A stretch of DNA of 64,000 nt from Flavobacteriales bacterium (GTDB lineage: Bacteria; Bacteroidota; Bacteroidia; Flavobacteriales; Blattabacteriaceae), in assembly GCA_039954875.1 (NCBI GenBank), contig CP157202.1, positions 552,762 to 616,761 on the forward strand, given 5' to 3'. The position numbers were made by a program, and so were the translations under genes. The notes beneath the pieces were generated by a model. It did no database searches and was not told the DNA's origin. It saw nothing but the letters and a program-made list of their open reading frames with translations. Shown piece after piece: positions 1-10,299 of the stretch; within the stretch, counting starts at the first letter, position 1, and each line of letters starts with the position of its first letter.

Positions 1-144
1 ATCCTTAAAAACCGTCATAATTTTCTTATTGCACCTCCCATTAAACCGATCAATAATGGATATTTGCGCACGAAAAACCGAACAGCTACTCAAGACAAGG
101 AGAATCACTGCACCCCACATTATCCAAATTCTAAACTTTTTCAC
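1..144 (-). CDS. Partial CDS (N-terminus only, continues off the left edge): putative lipoprotein
   Basis: The minus strand from GTG at 144 reads (M)KKFRIWIMWGAVILLVLSSCSVFRAQ... open to position 1. It has a hydrophobic signal peptide plus an LSSC lipobox and is divergent from uvrB. It is too short for the ORF track. Confidence 0.35.
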   Translation of the reverse strand, partial: MKKFRIWIMWGAVILLVLSSCSVFRAQISIIDRFNGRCNKKIMTVFKD

Positions 145-206
145 AATAATGACTTCATTTAAACAATCTTATTGTCAAAGATATAAAAAAAATAAAATTT
201 TGCAAT

Positions 207-2222
207 ATGAAATTTCAATTACAATCCGATTATCGCCCTACAGGAGATCAACCTGAAGCTATAGAAGCCCTCTCAAAAGGTGTATTAGAAGGCGAAAAAT
301 ACCAGATATTATTGGGCGTAACCGGCTCAGGAAAAACCTTCACCATAGCCAATGTGATCCAAAAAACACAACGCCCTACATTGGTTTTAGCACACAACAA
401 GACCCTAGCAGCACAACTCTACGCTGAGTTTAAAGAATTTTTTCCAGATAGTGCAGTCGCTTACTACGTCTCTTATTACGATTACTATCAACCTGAGGCC
501 TACATGCCCGTCTCGAATACCCACATCGAAAAAGACGTAGTGATCAATTACGACTTAGAAAAGCTTGGTCTTGCCACAGTTTCCGCCTTGCTCTCAGGTA
601 GGCGAGATGTCCTAGTAGTAGCCTCAGTATCTTGCATTTATGGTATGGGAAATCCTAACGAATTTCACAAAAGTGTCGTAACGATAAAAAAGGGGGCCGA
701 GCTCAGCCGTACACGTGTACTCCATCAATTGGTAGCAGCCTTGTACGTCCGTACTGAAGGAGACTTTACACGCGGCCACTTTAGAGTCAGAGGCGATACG
801 GTAGACATCTACCCGGCCTACGCAGATCATGCAGTGAAGATTCATTTTTGGGGTGATGAAGTCGAGGGTATCGAAATTTTTACCCCATCTACAGGGCATA
901 GCTTCACCCAACTAGATCAAATACAGATCTACCCAGCCAATATCTTCGTCACCTCCCCCGATCGTCTGCAGACGGTAATCACACAGATCCAAGAAGATCT
1001 AACCAGGCGGCTTGAGTACCTCCATAGCCTTGACAAACACTTGGAAGCCAAACGGCTCAAAGAACGTATAGAATTCGATGTTGAAATGATGAAAGAACTA
1101 GGCTACTGTGTTGGGATAGAAAACTATTCCCGTTACCTTGACGGCCGGGAGCCCGGTATACGACCTTTCTGCCTATTGGATTATTTTCCAGAGGATTATC
1201 TTATGGTTATCGATGAGAGTCACGTGACTATTCCTCAGGTACGCACCATGTATGGTGGTGACCGTTCTCGTAAGCAAAATCTTGTCGAATACGGTTTCCG
1301 TCTACCAGCTGCTCTGGATAACCGTCCACTGAAATTCGAAGAGTTTGAGGCACTGCAAAACCAAGTGATCTACGTCAGTGCTACACCAGCAGACTACGAA
1401 CTGCGAAAAAGCGATGGTGCATACGTTGAGCAAGTGGTACGCCCTACCGGCCTATTGGACCCGGTCATCGAATTACGTCCGAGCCTCAATCAAATCGATG
1501 ATCTTATGGAAGAAATTCGCCAACGTGCTAAGAAAGCCGAGCGCGTCCTAGTCATTACACTGACCAAACGGATGGCCGAGGAACTCAATAAATTTTTTAC
1601 CAAGATGGGCTTACGCACCCGTTATATTCATTCGGACATCGATACCCTCGAACGCGTTGACATCATGCAAGACTTACGTATCGGTCGTTGTGATGTACTC
1701 ATTGGAGTGAATTTGCTCCGGGAAGGCCTCGACTTACCCGAGGTCTCGCTCGTTGCTATCCTAGACGCGGACAAGGAAGGCTTTTTACGCTCCTATCGCT
1801 CGCTGACGCAGACCGTAGGGCGTGCAGCACGGAATCTTTACGGCATGGCCATCATGTATGCCGATAAGACCACCGAGAGTATGCAAAAGACAATCGACGA
1901 GACCCATCGACGACGAGAAAAACAACTCCACTATAACACCAAACATGGTATAACACCCAAGGGGCTTAATAAAAAGTTGAGAGAGAGCCTGCGACCTACT
2001 AGTCTACCTAAACCTTATGGACTGACATCTAAACACACACCGACAGCTGCCGAAGTATCGACCACTTACCAAACACCCGAAGCCCTACAAAAACAGATCG
2101 ATGGCTTACAAAAAGCTATGGAAAAAGCCGCTGCTGATCAAGACTTTATGCAAGCAGCATATTACCGCGATGCACTCAAGGCACTCAAAGAACGAGTCGG
2201 GTCACCACCCTCTCTCGGATAA
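207..2222 (+). CDS. uvrB: Excinuclease ABC subunit B
   Basis: 671 aa. Walker A GVTGSGKT, helicase motifs (DESH, LREGLD), and C-terminal UVR motif (FMQAAYYRDALKAL). Full length. Confidence 0.95.
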   Translation: MKFQLQSDYRPTGDQPEAIEALSKGVLEGEKYQILLGVTGSGKTFTIANVIQKTQRPTLVLAHNKTLAAQLYAEFKEFFPDSAVAYYVSYYDYYQPEAYMPVSNTHIEKDVVINYDLEKLGLATVSALLSGRRDVLVVASVSCIYGMGNPNEFHKSVVTIKKGAELSRTRVLHQLVAALYVRTEGDFTRGHFRVRGDTVDIYPAYADHAVKIHFWGDEVEGIEIFTPSTGHSFTQLDQIQIYPANIFVTSPDRLQTVITQIQEDLTRRLEYLHSLDKHLEAKRLKERIEFDVEMMKELGYCVGIENYSRYLDGREPGIRPFCLLDYFPEDYLMVIDESHVTIPQVRTMYGGDRSRKQNLVEYGFRLPAALDNRPLKFEEFEALQNQVIYVSATPADYELRKSDGAYVEQVVRPTGLLDPVIELRPSLNQIDDLMEEIRQRAKKAERVLVITLTKRMAEELNKFFTKMGLRTRYIHSDIDTLERVDIMQDLRIGRCDVLIGVNLLREGLDLPEVSLVAILDADKEGFLRSYRSLTQTVGRAARNLYGMAIMYADKTTESMQKTIDETHRRREKQLHYNTKHGITPKGLNKKLRESLRPTSLPKPYGLTSKHTPTAAEVSTTYQTPEALQKQIDGLQKAMEKAAADQDFMQAAYYRDALKALKERVGSPPSLG

Positions 2223-2275
2223 ATCTTTACCTTTGGGGCAACACAAAACTTGAAATCAGTTTTATTCTGTATAGA

Positions 2276-3526
2276 ATGAAGATTCTCATCTTAGGCTGTG
2301 GTGGGCGTGAGTACGCCATTGGTCAAAAATTGTTGGAAAACACTGTAGTTAGTCAGTTATATTTTGCACTCGGCAACGGTAGTACAGCCCAAATAGGAAT
2401 AATCATCCCTTGGGATCGTTCCAAGGTCTTATGTATCTCTGCCAAGATACAGATGATAGGCCTTGCCATCTTAGGCTCAGAAACACTTTTAGTCGAAGGT
2501 ATCGTCGACACCTTTCAGGCAGTTAGATTTAAAATATTCGGTCTACATCATCAAACCTACCAGCTCGATGGTAGCAAAGTCTTAGCCAAAGCCTTCATGA
2601 AAAAGTACGATGTACGCATAGCCACCTACGAAAGCTTTTCATACCATCCACAGGCACGGAACCATCTCGAACAAGTTGATTATCCAGTGGTGATCAAAGC
2701 TAGTGAACTAGCTGTATGCAAAGGGGTTGTCATCGCCTCGGATCGCACCAGAGCTCAGGCTGCTTTGGAGGCCATGATGAAAAAAAAAAACTTCGGTACA
2801 GCAGGCTGTGAAATAGTGATCGAAGCATTTTTACAAGGTTATGAAGCCTCGTTTTTGTCAATATTTAATAGGAAACAGATCCTACCCTTCTTCTCGGCCA
2901 AAGACCACAAAAAGATTGACGAGGGTGAGACGGGCCTAAATACTGGTGAGATGGGAGTGATCACTCCCAATTTATACATGAATGAGGAAACATGGGTAGA
3001 CTTTCAACAAAATATCATCCAACCTATCTTACAAGGTCTCTTGGCTGAGAAATGGACTTTTGCCGGAGTGATTTTCTTCGGCCTGATGTTTACCGTAAAG
3101 GGTGTCTATATTTTGGGATACAACCTCATTATAGGCGATCCGGAGACCCGGGCTATCTTACAGTTGATGGAAAGCTATTTTTTGGAACTCATCCAAAAAG
3201 CCTTATGTGGAGAGGATTTATCCATATCGTGGGGGCAGGTCCATGCCTGTTGTGTGGTCATGGCCTCAGGAGGTTATCCTGAAAAGTATAAAAAAGGAAA
3301 GACCCTATTATCTGGTCTATACCAATTGATCTGCCCTCATTATATCGTCGGAGTAGAGAAGAAAGACGGTCAATGGATCACTTCAAGCGGACGCGTATTT
3401 AAACATCGTAGGTATAGGCCCCTTTGCACAAGAAGCTCACGAGTCGGCCGATCGAGAGGTGAAAAATATTTTCTTCGATCGAGTCTATTTCCGACGAGAT
3501 ATCTGGCTTTAACCCCTCCATTTTAA
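2276..3526 (+). pseudogene. purD: Phosphoribosylamine-glycine ligase, decayed (motif erosion plus C-terminal frameshift)
   Basis: Collinear with PurD, but conserved motifs are substituted: KADGLAAGKG becomes KASELAVCKG, GPNTGGMG becomes GLNTGEMG, EFN.RFGDPE becomes GYNLIIGDPE. The true C-terminus (LNIVGIGPFAQEAHESADREVKNIFFDRVYFRRDIWL*) lies in the +1 frame after about 3398 and stops at 3510-3512. There is an A11 run at 2780-2790. Confidence 0.6.
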
Positions 3527-3528
3527 CT

Positions 3529-5067
3529 ATGAAACAACAGGCCATACTTATATTGGATTTCGGATCGCAATACAATCAGCTCATCGCACGACGCATACGG
3601 GAGATGGACGTATATGCCGAAGTGATCCCTTATCACAGTTCACTAGACGAAATCCTCTCACGAAAACCCAAGGGGATTTTACTCTCCGGTAGCCCATTCT
3701 CAGTACATGAAGATGACGTCCACTTGATCTCTAAAGAATTATTTGAGCTCGACATTCCAGTACTCGGCATTTGCTATGGTATGCAACTGATCTCTCATAT
3801 CTTCGGTGGCTTGGTGACCAAAGGAAAACACGGTGAATACGGCCAGACTGATTTCATCGTTGACGATCCGTATGACCGAATGTTGCATGGAATGCCTGAA
3901 AAATCTACCGTCTGGATGAGTCATTTCGATGAGGTCAATAAAGAGCCAGAAGGATTTAAAATCATAGGTCATACGTCCCATTGTGCTGCTGCACTGAGCT
4001 GCGAAGATCGAAATATTTACGCTGTACAATTCCACCCTGAAGTATCCCACACGACTTACGGCACGACTATCTTATACAACTTCGTTTTCGAGATTTGTCG
4101 CTGTGAAAAAAAATGGGAATTGGGAGATTTCATCAAAGCGACCGTCCAAGAGATCCGGACAATCGTAGGAGACAAAAAAGTGATCTTAGGTCTTTCAGGC
4201 GGTGTAGACTCTTCGGTAGCTGCTGTACTGATTCATAAAGCTATAGGTAATGCATTGACATGTATCTTCGTCGATACAGGTTTGCTCCGAAAAGATGAAT
4301 CCCAAAAAGTGATGGACACTTATGGGGCTTATTATCATATGAACATCCGTCTGATCAAAGCTAAAAAAAGTTTCCTTTATCGGCTAAAAGGGATCTCTGA
4401 TCCGGAGAAAAAACGGAAGCTTATTGGACAAGAATTCATCACCGTATTTAAAGAAGAGGCTGTCAAAATCCATGAAGCTGCCTTCCTAGCCCAAGGCACT
4501 ATCTATCCTGACGTGATTGAGTCCACTTCAGTCAAAGGTCCTTCGGTCACGATTAAATCCCATCACAACGTAGGTGGCCTGCCTGAGCAGATGCATTTGA
4601 AACTTTTGGAACCTTTGCGGGAACTTTTTAAGGACGAAGTACGAAAGGTGGGCATCAACTTAGGCATCCCCAAGGAAATTGTCTACCGGCATCCTTTCCC
4701 TGGTCCGGGTCTAGGCGTCCGCATCATTGGAAAAATTACTGAGAAAAAAGTAGCTATTTTACAGGCTGCTGATGCTATCTTTATCGAAGAGCTACAAGCC
4801 CATCAGTTGTATGATCAGGTGAGCCAAGCCTTTGTGATCTTACTACCAGTGAAGTCCGTTGGGGTGATGGGCGACGTACGCACCTATGAATATACAGCCG
4901 TACTGCGCTCAGTAAATACTACCGACTTTATGACGGTCACTTGGTCTCATCTACCTTACGACTTCTTGGAAAAGGTTTCTAGCAGGATTATCAATGAGGT
5001 CAAAGGCATAAATCGTGTGACCTATGATATCAGTTCGAAGCCCCCAGCCACGATCGAATGGGAATAA
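3529..5067 (+). CDS. guaA: GMP synthase (glutamine-hydrolysing)
   Basis: 512 aa. GATase motif GICYGMQL, PP-loop LSGGVDSSV, and C-terminal dimerisation domain ending PPATIEWE. Confidence 0.95.
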   Translation: MKQQAILILDFGSQYNQLIARRIREMDVYAEVIPYHSSLDEILSRKPKGILLSGSPFSVHEDDVHLISKELFELDIPVLGICYGMQLISHIFGGLVTKGKHGEYGQTDFIVDDPYDRMLHGMPEKSTVWMSHFDEVNKEPEGFKIIGHTSHCAAALSCEDRNIYAVQFHPEVSHTTYGTTILYNFVFEICRCEKKWELGDFIKATVQEIRTIVGDKKVILGLSGGVDSSVAAVLIHKAIGNALTCIFVDTGLLRKDESQKVMDTYGAYYHMNIRLIKAKKSFLYRLKGISDPEKKRKLIGQEFITVFKEEAVKIHEAAFLAQGTIYPDVIESTSVKGPSVTIKSHHNVGGLPEQMHLKLLEPLRELFKDEVRKVGINLGIPKEIVYRHPFPGPGLGVRIIGKITEKKVAILQAADAIFIEELQAHQLYDQVSQAFVILLPVKSVGVMGDVRTYEYTAVLRSVNTTDFMTVTWSHLPYDFLEKVSSRIINEVKGINRVTYDISSKPPATIEWE

Positions 5068-5140
5068 AGTTTTTACTCAAATCTTTATAACGGGAAGAAA
5101 AGGACAAGCGACCTGCATCACACCGCTACGACCACTTACC

Positions 5141-5205
5141 TTTGCCGCGTTCCCGCTCTGGAGGATTCAGCGGGAGCTGGTTGTGCAGGACTTGCCCGCG
5201 GCAAA
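5141..5205 (+). terminator. GC-rich nested palindrome downstream of guaA (possible terminator or structured element)
   Basis: tttgccgcg (5141-5149) pairs with cgcggcaaa (5197-5205). Inner hairpin is cccgct (5152-5157) / agcggg (5169-5174). It is followed by an A/T-rich stretch with a T-run. Confidence 0.4.
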
Positions 5206-5793
5206 TATAAAAAACTTTTTTCTAGTGATTCTGCTTAGTTTTACCCACTAAAAGTATTTCAGTCGACGTGGTACTGTTAAATGGTCTAACTTTCTTTCTA
5301 AGCGACCGTATAGATAAAACTTTTAGACATTCTATTTTCAATACTTTAGTAATGAACTTTGTTGTCTTAAAGGGATATTTTTCCCAAAGATTAGCATTAA
5401 ATCCCTTGTTAGGCTCTTGCGAGCCTCTACCATCTAATTACCGTATACTGCCTCTATATGTTTTCTAGACTATAGGAAGAATAATGAAGGTTGTCAACGG
5501 ATTACCCCCCCACTCCTTAAGTACCTTGCGATAACGGGAATGACCCTGGCGCGATGCTTTTAAAAACATATCTAGCATGGCTATAGAGCTTTGTATAGAA
5601 TGAAATATACTGATAATAAGGATATAGAGGCTCAGGCTAGAAAAAAAATAAAAGGTTCGGGATTAAAAAATCCTATCGCCTTATATGGGTGGAGGGAGGA
5701 GAAGGGAAAATAAACTTTTTGCCCGAATGTTGCCTAAATTCACGAGCCTATTTTATTAACGACTGATAATTAATAAAACACATAATAACTCTG

Positions 5794-5867
5794 TGACCTC
5801 GAAGGGATTCGAACCCCCAACCTTCTGATCCGTAGTCAGATGCTCTATCCAATTAAGCTACGAGGCC
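5794..5867 (-). tRNA. tRNA-Arg (anticodon ACG)
   Basis: The reverse complement GGCCTCGTAGCTTAATTGGATAGAGCATCTGACTACGGATCAGAAGGTTGGGGGTTCGAATCCCTTCGAGGTCA folds as a cloverleaf. It has a 7-bp acceptor stem (one G-U), anticodon loop CTACGGA, and T-loop GGTTCGAATCC. CCA is not encoded. Confidence 0.9.
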
Positions 5868-6209
5868 GGCTTAAAGAGCTATAAAGATAACAAACGATAG
5901 CTATTTTTAAAAATGAAATTGAGTTCTATTCCTATCGATTGTGCATTTATATAGATTAATTAAGTCGAAAGTTTATGTTTATTAAAAGCCTCTTAGTTGG
6001 AGATATTTATAAGATATTGCTTGTACAATAGGTATTACAAACAGCTAAATTTGAGTTAGATAGATGAGTAACGTCCCATGACTTAAAAAGACGGTACGTT
6101 AATGAATATAAGCATTAACCAGCAAGAAAAAAATCCTAATATCCAGATAGAAAGTTGTCATCATTGAATGATTTTACCTTTCAAAAAAAAACTTTCCATC
6201 AACTAGCCT

Positions 6210-7925
6210 TCATGAAAGCTTCATTTCCCGAATGATATTTTGAATTTTATAATTCAAAGCGTTTTTTACCGAAGTATAATCCTCAGTCCGGTTTAGGGAT
6301 GCCTTTGCACTGAAATAGAATTTAATCTTAGGTTCGGTACCTGAAGGACGCATGGCGATCTTTGTGCCGTTTTCGGTGCGATAGATCAGCATATTTGATT
6401 GGGGTAGGGTGAGGGGGTGCTCTGTGCCGGTGAGCAAGTTCTTTTTGATGCTGTATTGATAGTCTTCGATAGAGATTACCCTCGTACCACCTATCTTCTT
6501 GGGTGGATCTTCTCGCCATTGCTTGATCATTTGTGTAATTTCAGCAGCACCATCGGCTCCTTTACGGATGAGAGAAATAAGCTGCTCTTGATAGCATCCT
6601 ATCTTCGTATAGATTTGTAAAAGTTTTTCATGTAGGGTACTGCCATGGGCCTTGGCTACAGCCGCTATTTCAGAAATTAGCAACATGGGGGTGACTGAAT
6701 CTTTGTCCCGTACAAAATCGCCTACCATAAATCCGAAACTTTCTTCACCTCCTCCAATGAATCTTTCTTTCCCTTCAGCCTCGCGTATCAACTGTGCGAT
6801 CCATTTGAAGCCAGTCAAACTAATCTTACAAGTTACACCGAATGCCTTTGCTAAGTCCGAGAAGATGTCGGAGCTTACTACGGTAGAAACGATGAACGTT
6901 TTTTCGTTCAAACGGCCTTGTTCTTTCCAACGTTCCAAAAGATAGTAAATTAGTAATGTATTAGTTTGATTGCCACTTAATAAAGTCATTTTTCCAGTTT
7001 CGTCGTGTGTAGCCACTCCCAAGCGGTCTGCGTCTGGATCTGCCCCCAAAACGATATCGGCTTGTTGTGCTTCGGCCAAGGTCAATGCCATGGAAAAAGC
7101 TTTTGGATCTTCTGGATTAGGGGAGACTACGGTAGAAAATTTTCCATCCGGCACAGCCTGATCCTCCACAAGGAATACTTTTTCAAAGCCTGCTTGGCGA
7201 AAAGCTTCAGGTGTGATGGTAACCGAAGTACCGTGTAGTGGGGTGAAGACGATTCTCAATTCCTGTTTTCCTTCGGAGGTGAAAGAAGCATGTTTGACAC
7301 AAGCCTTTATGAAAGCTCTATCTATCTCTGCTCCAATATAATGAATCACTGAGGGATCCGCTTCAAAGGAAAGGTCTTCTACACGGATTTTTTGAATCTC
7401 GTCCATAATATCTTGATCATCTGGCGCTACGACTTGTGAGCCGTCTTGTCCATAGATTTTATAACCATTGTACTCGGGTGGGTTATGAGAAGCTGTCAAT
7501 ACGATACCAGCTTGACAATATAATCGACGTACTGCATAAGATAGTTCAGGAGTAGGGCGAAACGCCCTAAATAAGTATACTTTGATTTGCTCTGTCGAAA
7601 GTATGGCAGCTGCTGTGTGGGCAAAGACATCGCTATTCTGCCGAACATCGTGAGCAATGACCACCTTTAAGTTTTTTTTTTGGAACCGTTTTTTTAAATA
7701 TCTGGCTAAGCCCAGAGTGGTGGTGCCTACGGTATATCGATTCATACGGTTGGTACCTACCCCCATGATTCCCCTCATACCCCCAGTACCAAATTCAATA
7801 TCTTTGTAGAAAGCATCGACGAGTTGATCTGATTGAGTCTCGATCATGTTTTTTACTTCTTGTCGTGTAGCCGCATCGTAGGTTTCTGAAAGCCACTTAT
7901 AGGTCCTTTGTATTACATCGTTCAT
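6210..7925 (-). CDS. Phospho-sugar mutase (phosphoglucomutase/phosphomannomutase family, PgcA-like)
   Basis: 571 aa. Active-site loop TASHNPPEYNGYK, Mg site GADPDADR, and sugar-binding GGEESFG. Confidence 0.85.
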   Translation of the reverse strand: MNDVIQRTYKWLSETYDAATRQEVKNMIETQSDQLVDAFYKDIEFGTGGMRGIMGVGTNRMNRYTVGTTTLGLARYLKKRFQKKNLKVVIAHDVRQNSDVFAHTAAAILSTEQIKVYLFRAFRPTPELSYAVRRLYCQAGIVLTASHNPPEYNGYKIYGQDGSQVVAPDDQDIMDEIQKIRVEDLSFEADPSVIHYIGAEIDRAFIKACVKHASFTSEGKQELRIVFTPLHGTSVTITPEAFRQAGFEKVFLVEDQAVPDGKFSTVVSPNPEDPKAFSMALTLAEAQQADIVLGADPDADRLGVATHDETGKMTLLSGNQTNTLLIYYLLERWKEQGRLNEKTFIVSTVVSSDIFSDLAKAFGVTCKISLTGFKWIAQLIREAEGKERFIGGGEESFGFMVGDFVRDKDSVTPMLLISEIAAVAKAHGSTLHEKLLQIYTKIGCYQEQLISLIRKGADGAAEITQMIKQWREDPPKKIGGTRVISIEDYQYSIKKNLLTGTEHPLTLPQSNMLIYRTENGTKIAMRPSGTEPKIKFYFSAKASLNRTEDYTSVKNALNYKIQNIIREMKLS

Positions 7926-7989
7926 TAGGAGGGTTATTGTTTTATAACTTCTGCTCTATTATTGATTTTATAATTCTTTTTGGGATCTC

Positions 7990-8616
7990 CTATGTACTTG
8001 AGTACTGCATTGCCACTGGCAATGCCTTTGAGTTTTTGTCTAGATTGAGGATCACACTTGTGTTGTCTTGAATGTCAAAGTCAACCTCTGTAGTAATAAA
8101 TTTATTACTTTTGATCTTTGAATGATATTTTGTATTGATAATAAGTGTCTTGGTACGTATTTTGATTTGGATCTTGGAACCATTATAGGCTTTGAATATG
8201 GCGGTTTTGGAGATCAATCCCCCTTTGAGCTTGGTAGATCCTTTGGTATGGAGGTGGATATTGTCTGTGGTAAATAATTTTTGTATGCTCAGTTGTACAA
8301 CGTCCCCCAAATGGATCTCGTCCAGGTTTTTTGTAATGATGTAGATCTCGTAAGAATCAGAATGCCCCACTGGGTCTTTCGGCCCGATTTTGAGTTTACC
8401 TCGACGGACTTTGATCTTGATACTCTTCAGTATATTTTTATTTATCCTCAAGACAGGAATATTGTTATATCCCTGTGTGAGAAATGTTTTAAATTTTCTA
8501 CTGATCTCGATAATCTTGAAATTGTCTAAGGTTATTATTTCTTCTTTCACTGGGCCTTCTCCTTGGAATTTTTGTTCACAGGAGACACAATGAGGCTCGT
8601 GAGGAGTATACAACAA
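7990..8616 (-). CDS. DUF2807-like (head GIN domain) beta-rich protein, separated from its signal peptide by a frameshift (possible pseudogene)
   Basis: Repetitive beta-strand pattern typical of DUF2807. The ORF has only a TTG start. A signal peptide MKIIYNLCCILLTSLIVS (GTG at 8636) sits in another frame and stops at 8547; a 1-nt indel near 8580-8585 would restore ...LIVSSCEQKF (lipobox). Confidence 0.45.
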   Translation of the reverse strand: MLYTPHEPHCVSCEQKFQGEGPVKEEIITLDNFKIIEISRKFKTFLTQGYNNIPVLRINKNILKSIKIKVRRGKLKIGPKDPVGHSDSYEIYIITKNLDEIHLGDVVQLSIQKLFTTDNIHLHTKGSTKLKGGLISKTAIFKAYNGSKIQIKIRTKTLIINTKYHSKIKSNKFITTEVDFDIQDNTSVILNLDKNSKALPVAMQYSST

Positions 8617-10299
8617 AGATTGTAAATGATTTTCACACGGATAGTCTTGTTATGATTGGAACAAATTTAGTTTGATTTATTTAGAGAGGAGTGTTTTTAT
8701 GATATGGTCTTTGAGTAATTCATTAAGCCACTTTCCTGAAAAACAATTAGATCAACACGGAAAGTACAAAAAAGTACAAGGTGTAAAATAGTGAATAGAT
8801 CAAAAAAAATATAAAGGTTGAAAAGGTTACCGGCGCGTATGGTAGCAATCCGCTCTTCATAAGCCGGTAAGCTATATTTTTGAGTCATTTAAACCTTGTG
8901 TTGCTCAAAGTAATTGTGGATGATGCCCTCTTTCAAAGGCTCAGCATCCTCCCAATTACCAAGAGATTGAAAAATAAAAAGATCAAGACTAGCGATAGTA
9001 TAGTCCAAATACAAAGCGTCAAAAATGGAAGACCAAAGGATTGAAGCAATGAAAAATTTGAACATTTTTACCCTCCCGATAGACGATGTAGATAGCGAAT
9101 ACCGCATGCAGAGATATGATTATAAAAGCATTGATACAGATAAGGGTTATGAAATAATACCCATTTCGGAAGGAAAAATATACTCTACGAAAGATGATGG
9201 TCGTGATGTAAGTCAACAAGACCTCTACTTTGATTGGCAATGCTATATTCATCTGAGGTATTTTAGCCGATCAAGATAGAACTATAGCGAGGAAAAGTTT
9301 TTATACTCACTACGGGTAAATCTTGTACAACCAGTTCCCCACCGAGAGCCCTCCATGGTAGGAACACAGCAAGGGTAAACATTCGTAGCAGTATGATCTG
9401 TGTTACCAGCATTTTTACGAAAAAAAAATATTCTCTTTATTTGAAAGATCTTATCAAAATAGCCAATCGAAAAAAAAATAATAATAAATTAGTTTTGCAT
9501 TGTACCCTTAAAAATCTCTCAGCACCTTTAAAATGTTTTAGTAATATGTAATAAAGTTATGCATGATTGTGTGAGTTTGTTTCTCTATAATAATATATTA
9601 TATCTTTATGAAATGCGCGGTTTTTTATAATATACAATATATTAGTTTATATATATTAACAATTAATATTTATCAATAGTTTATAAAGGGATAAAAAACA
9701 ATCCACATTAAATGTTATTAATACGATAATTTTAATTATTACAAATTAATTAATTATTTATTATTTTATACTTTGGGGTCAATTATTTATGCTCAAATAG
9801 GAGGAGGTAATATCAAAACACTTCAAGGAGCAGTTCATATCAATGCCCGAACTCTTAAAAAGTTATAAACAATATGGAGCCGTACTACCTATTGTTGACA
9901 AAGCCGAAAATGTAGAAAACCCAAACAGCCCAAGCCCTGTAAAAGTCACCATAGTATTCGACTACGAAAAAAGTGTCTACGTTATCAAAGAGGTAACCAA
10001 TGTACAGATTGCTTAGCCTTAATTTCCAATTGTATATATACAGGAAATAACAATCTGGAAGCCAAATATTCCTTCAATTGTGTTAACCATTACAAAATAA
10101 ACACAGTATTTAATAAATAGACGACTATAGATCACTAAAACTTCATAAAACTCAATCTACAGGTGAAAGAACAGGGACACTATAAAAAGTAAGCAGTACG
10201 TCAAATGACGTTTACTTTCTTACACAAGATAGTCTTAAATAAAATAGTACGGCAGATGTAAAATTTGAGACTGTAAGTATATCCCTAGGGAGATGTACT

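Noticed and set aside
5480-5600. A possible IS630/Tc1-like transposase C-terminal remnant (VVNGLPPHSLSTLR*RE*PWRDAFKNI versus the LPPYSP.LNPIE..W motif), with a faintly similar stretch at about 50330-50420.
   Set aside because: The similarity is short, needs an indel and stops, and no inverted repeats or DDE core are visible. The evidence is too weak to call a mobile element.
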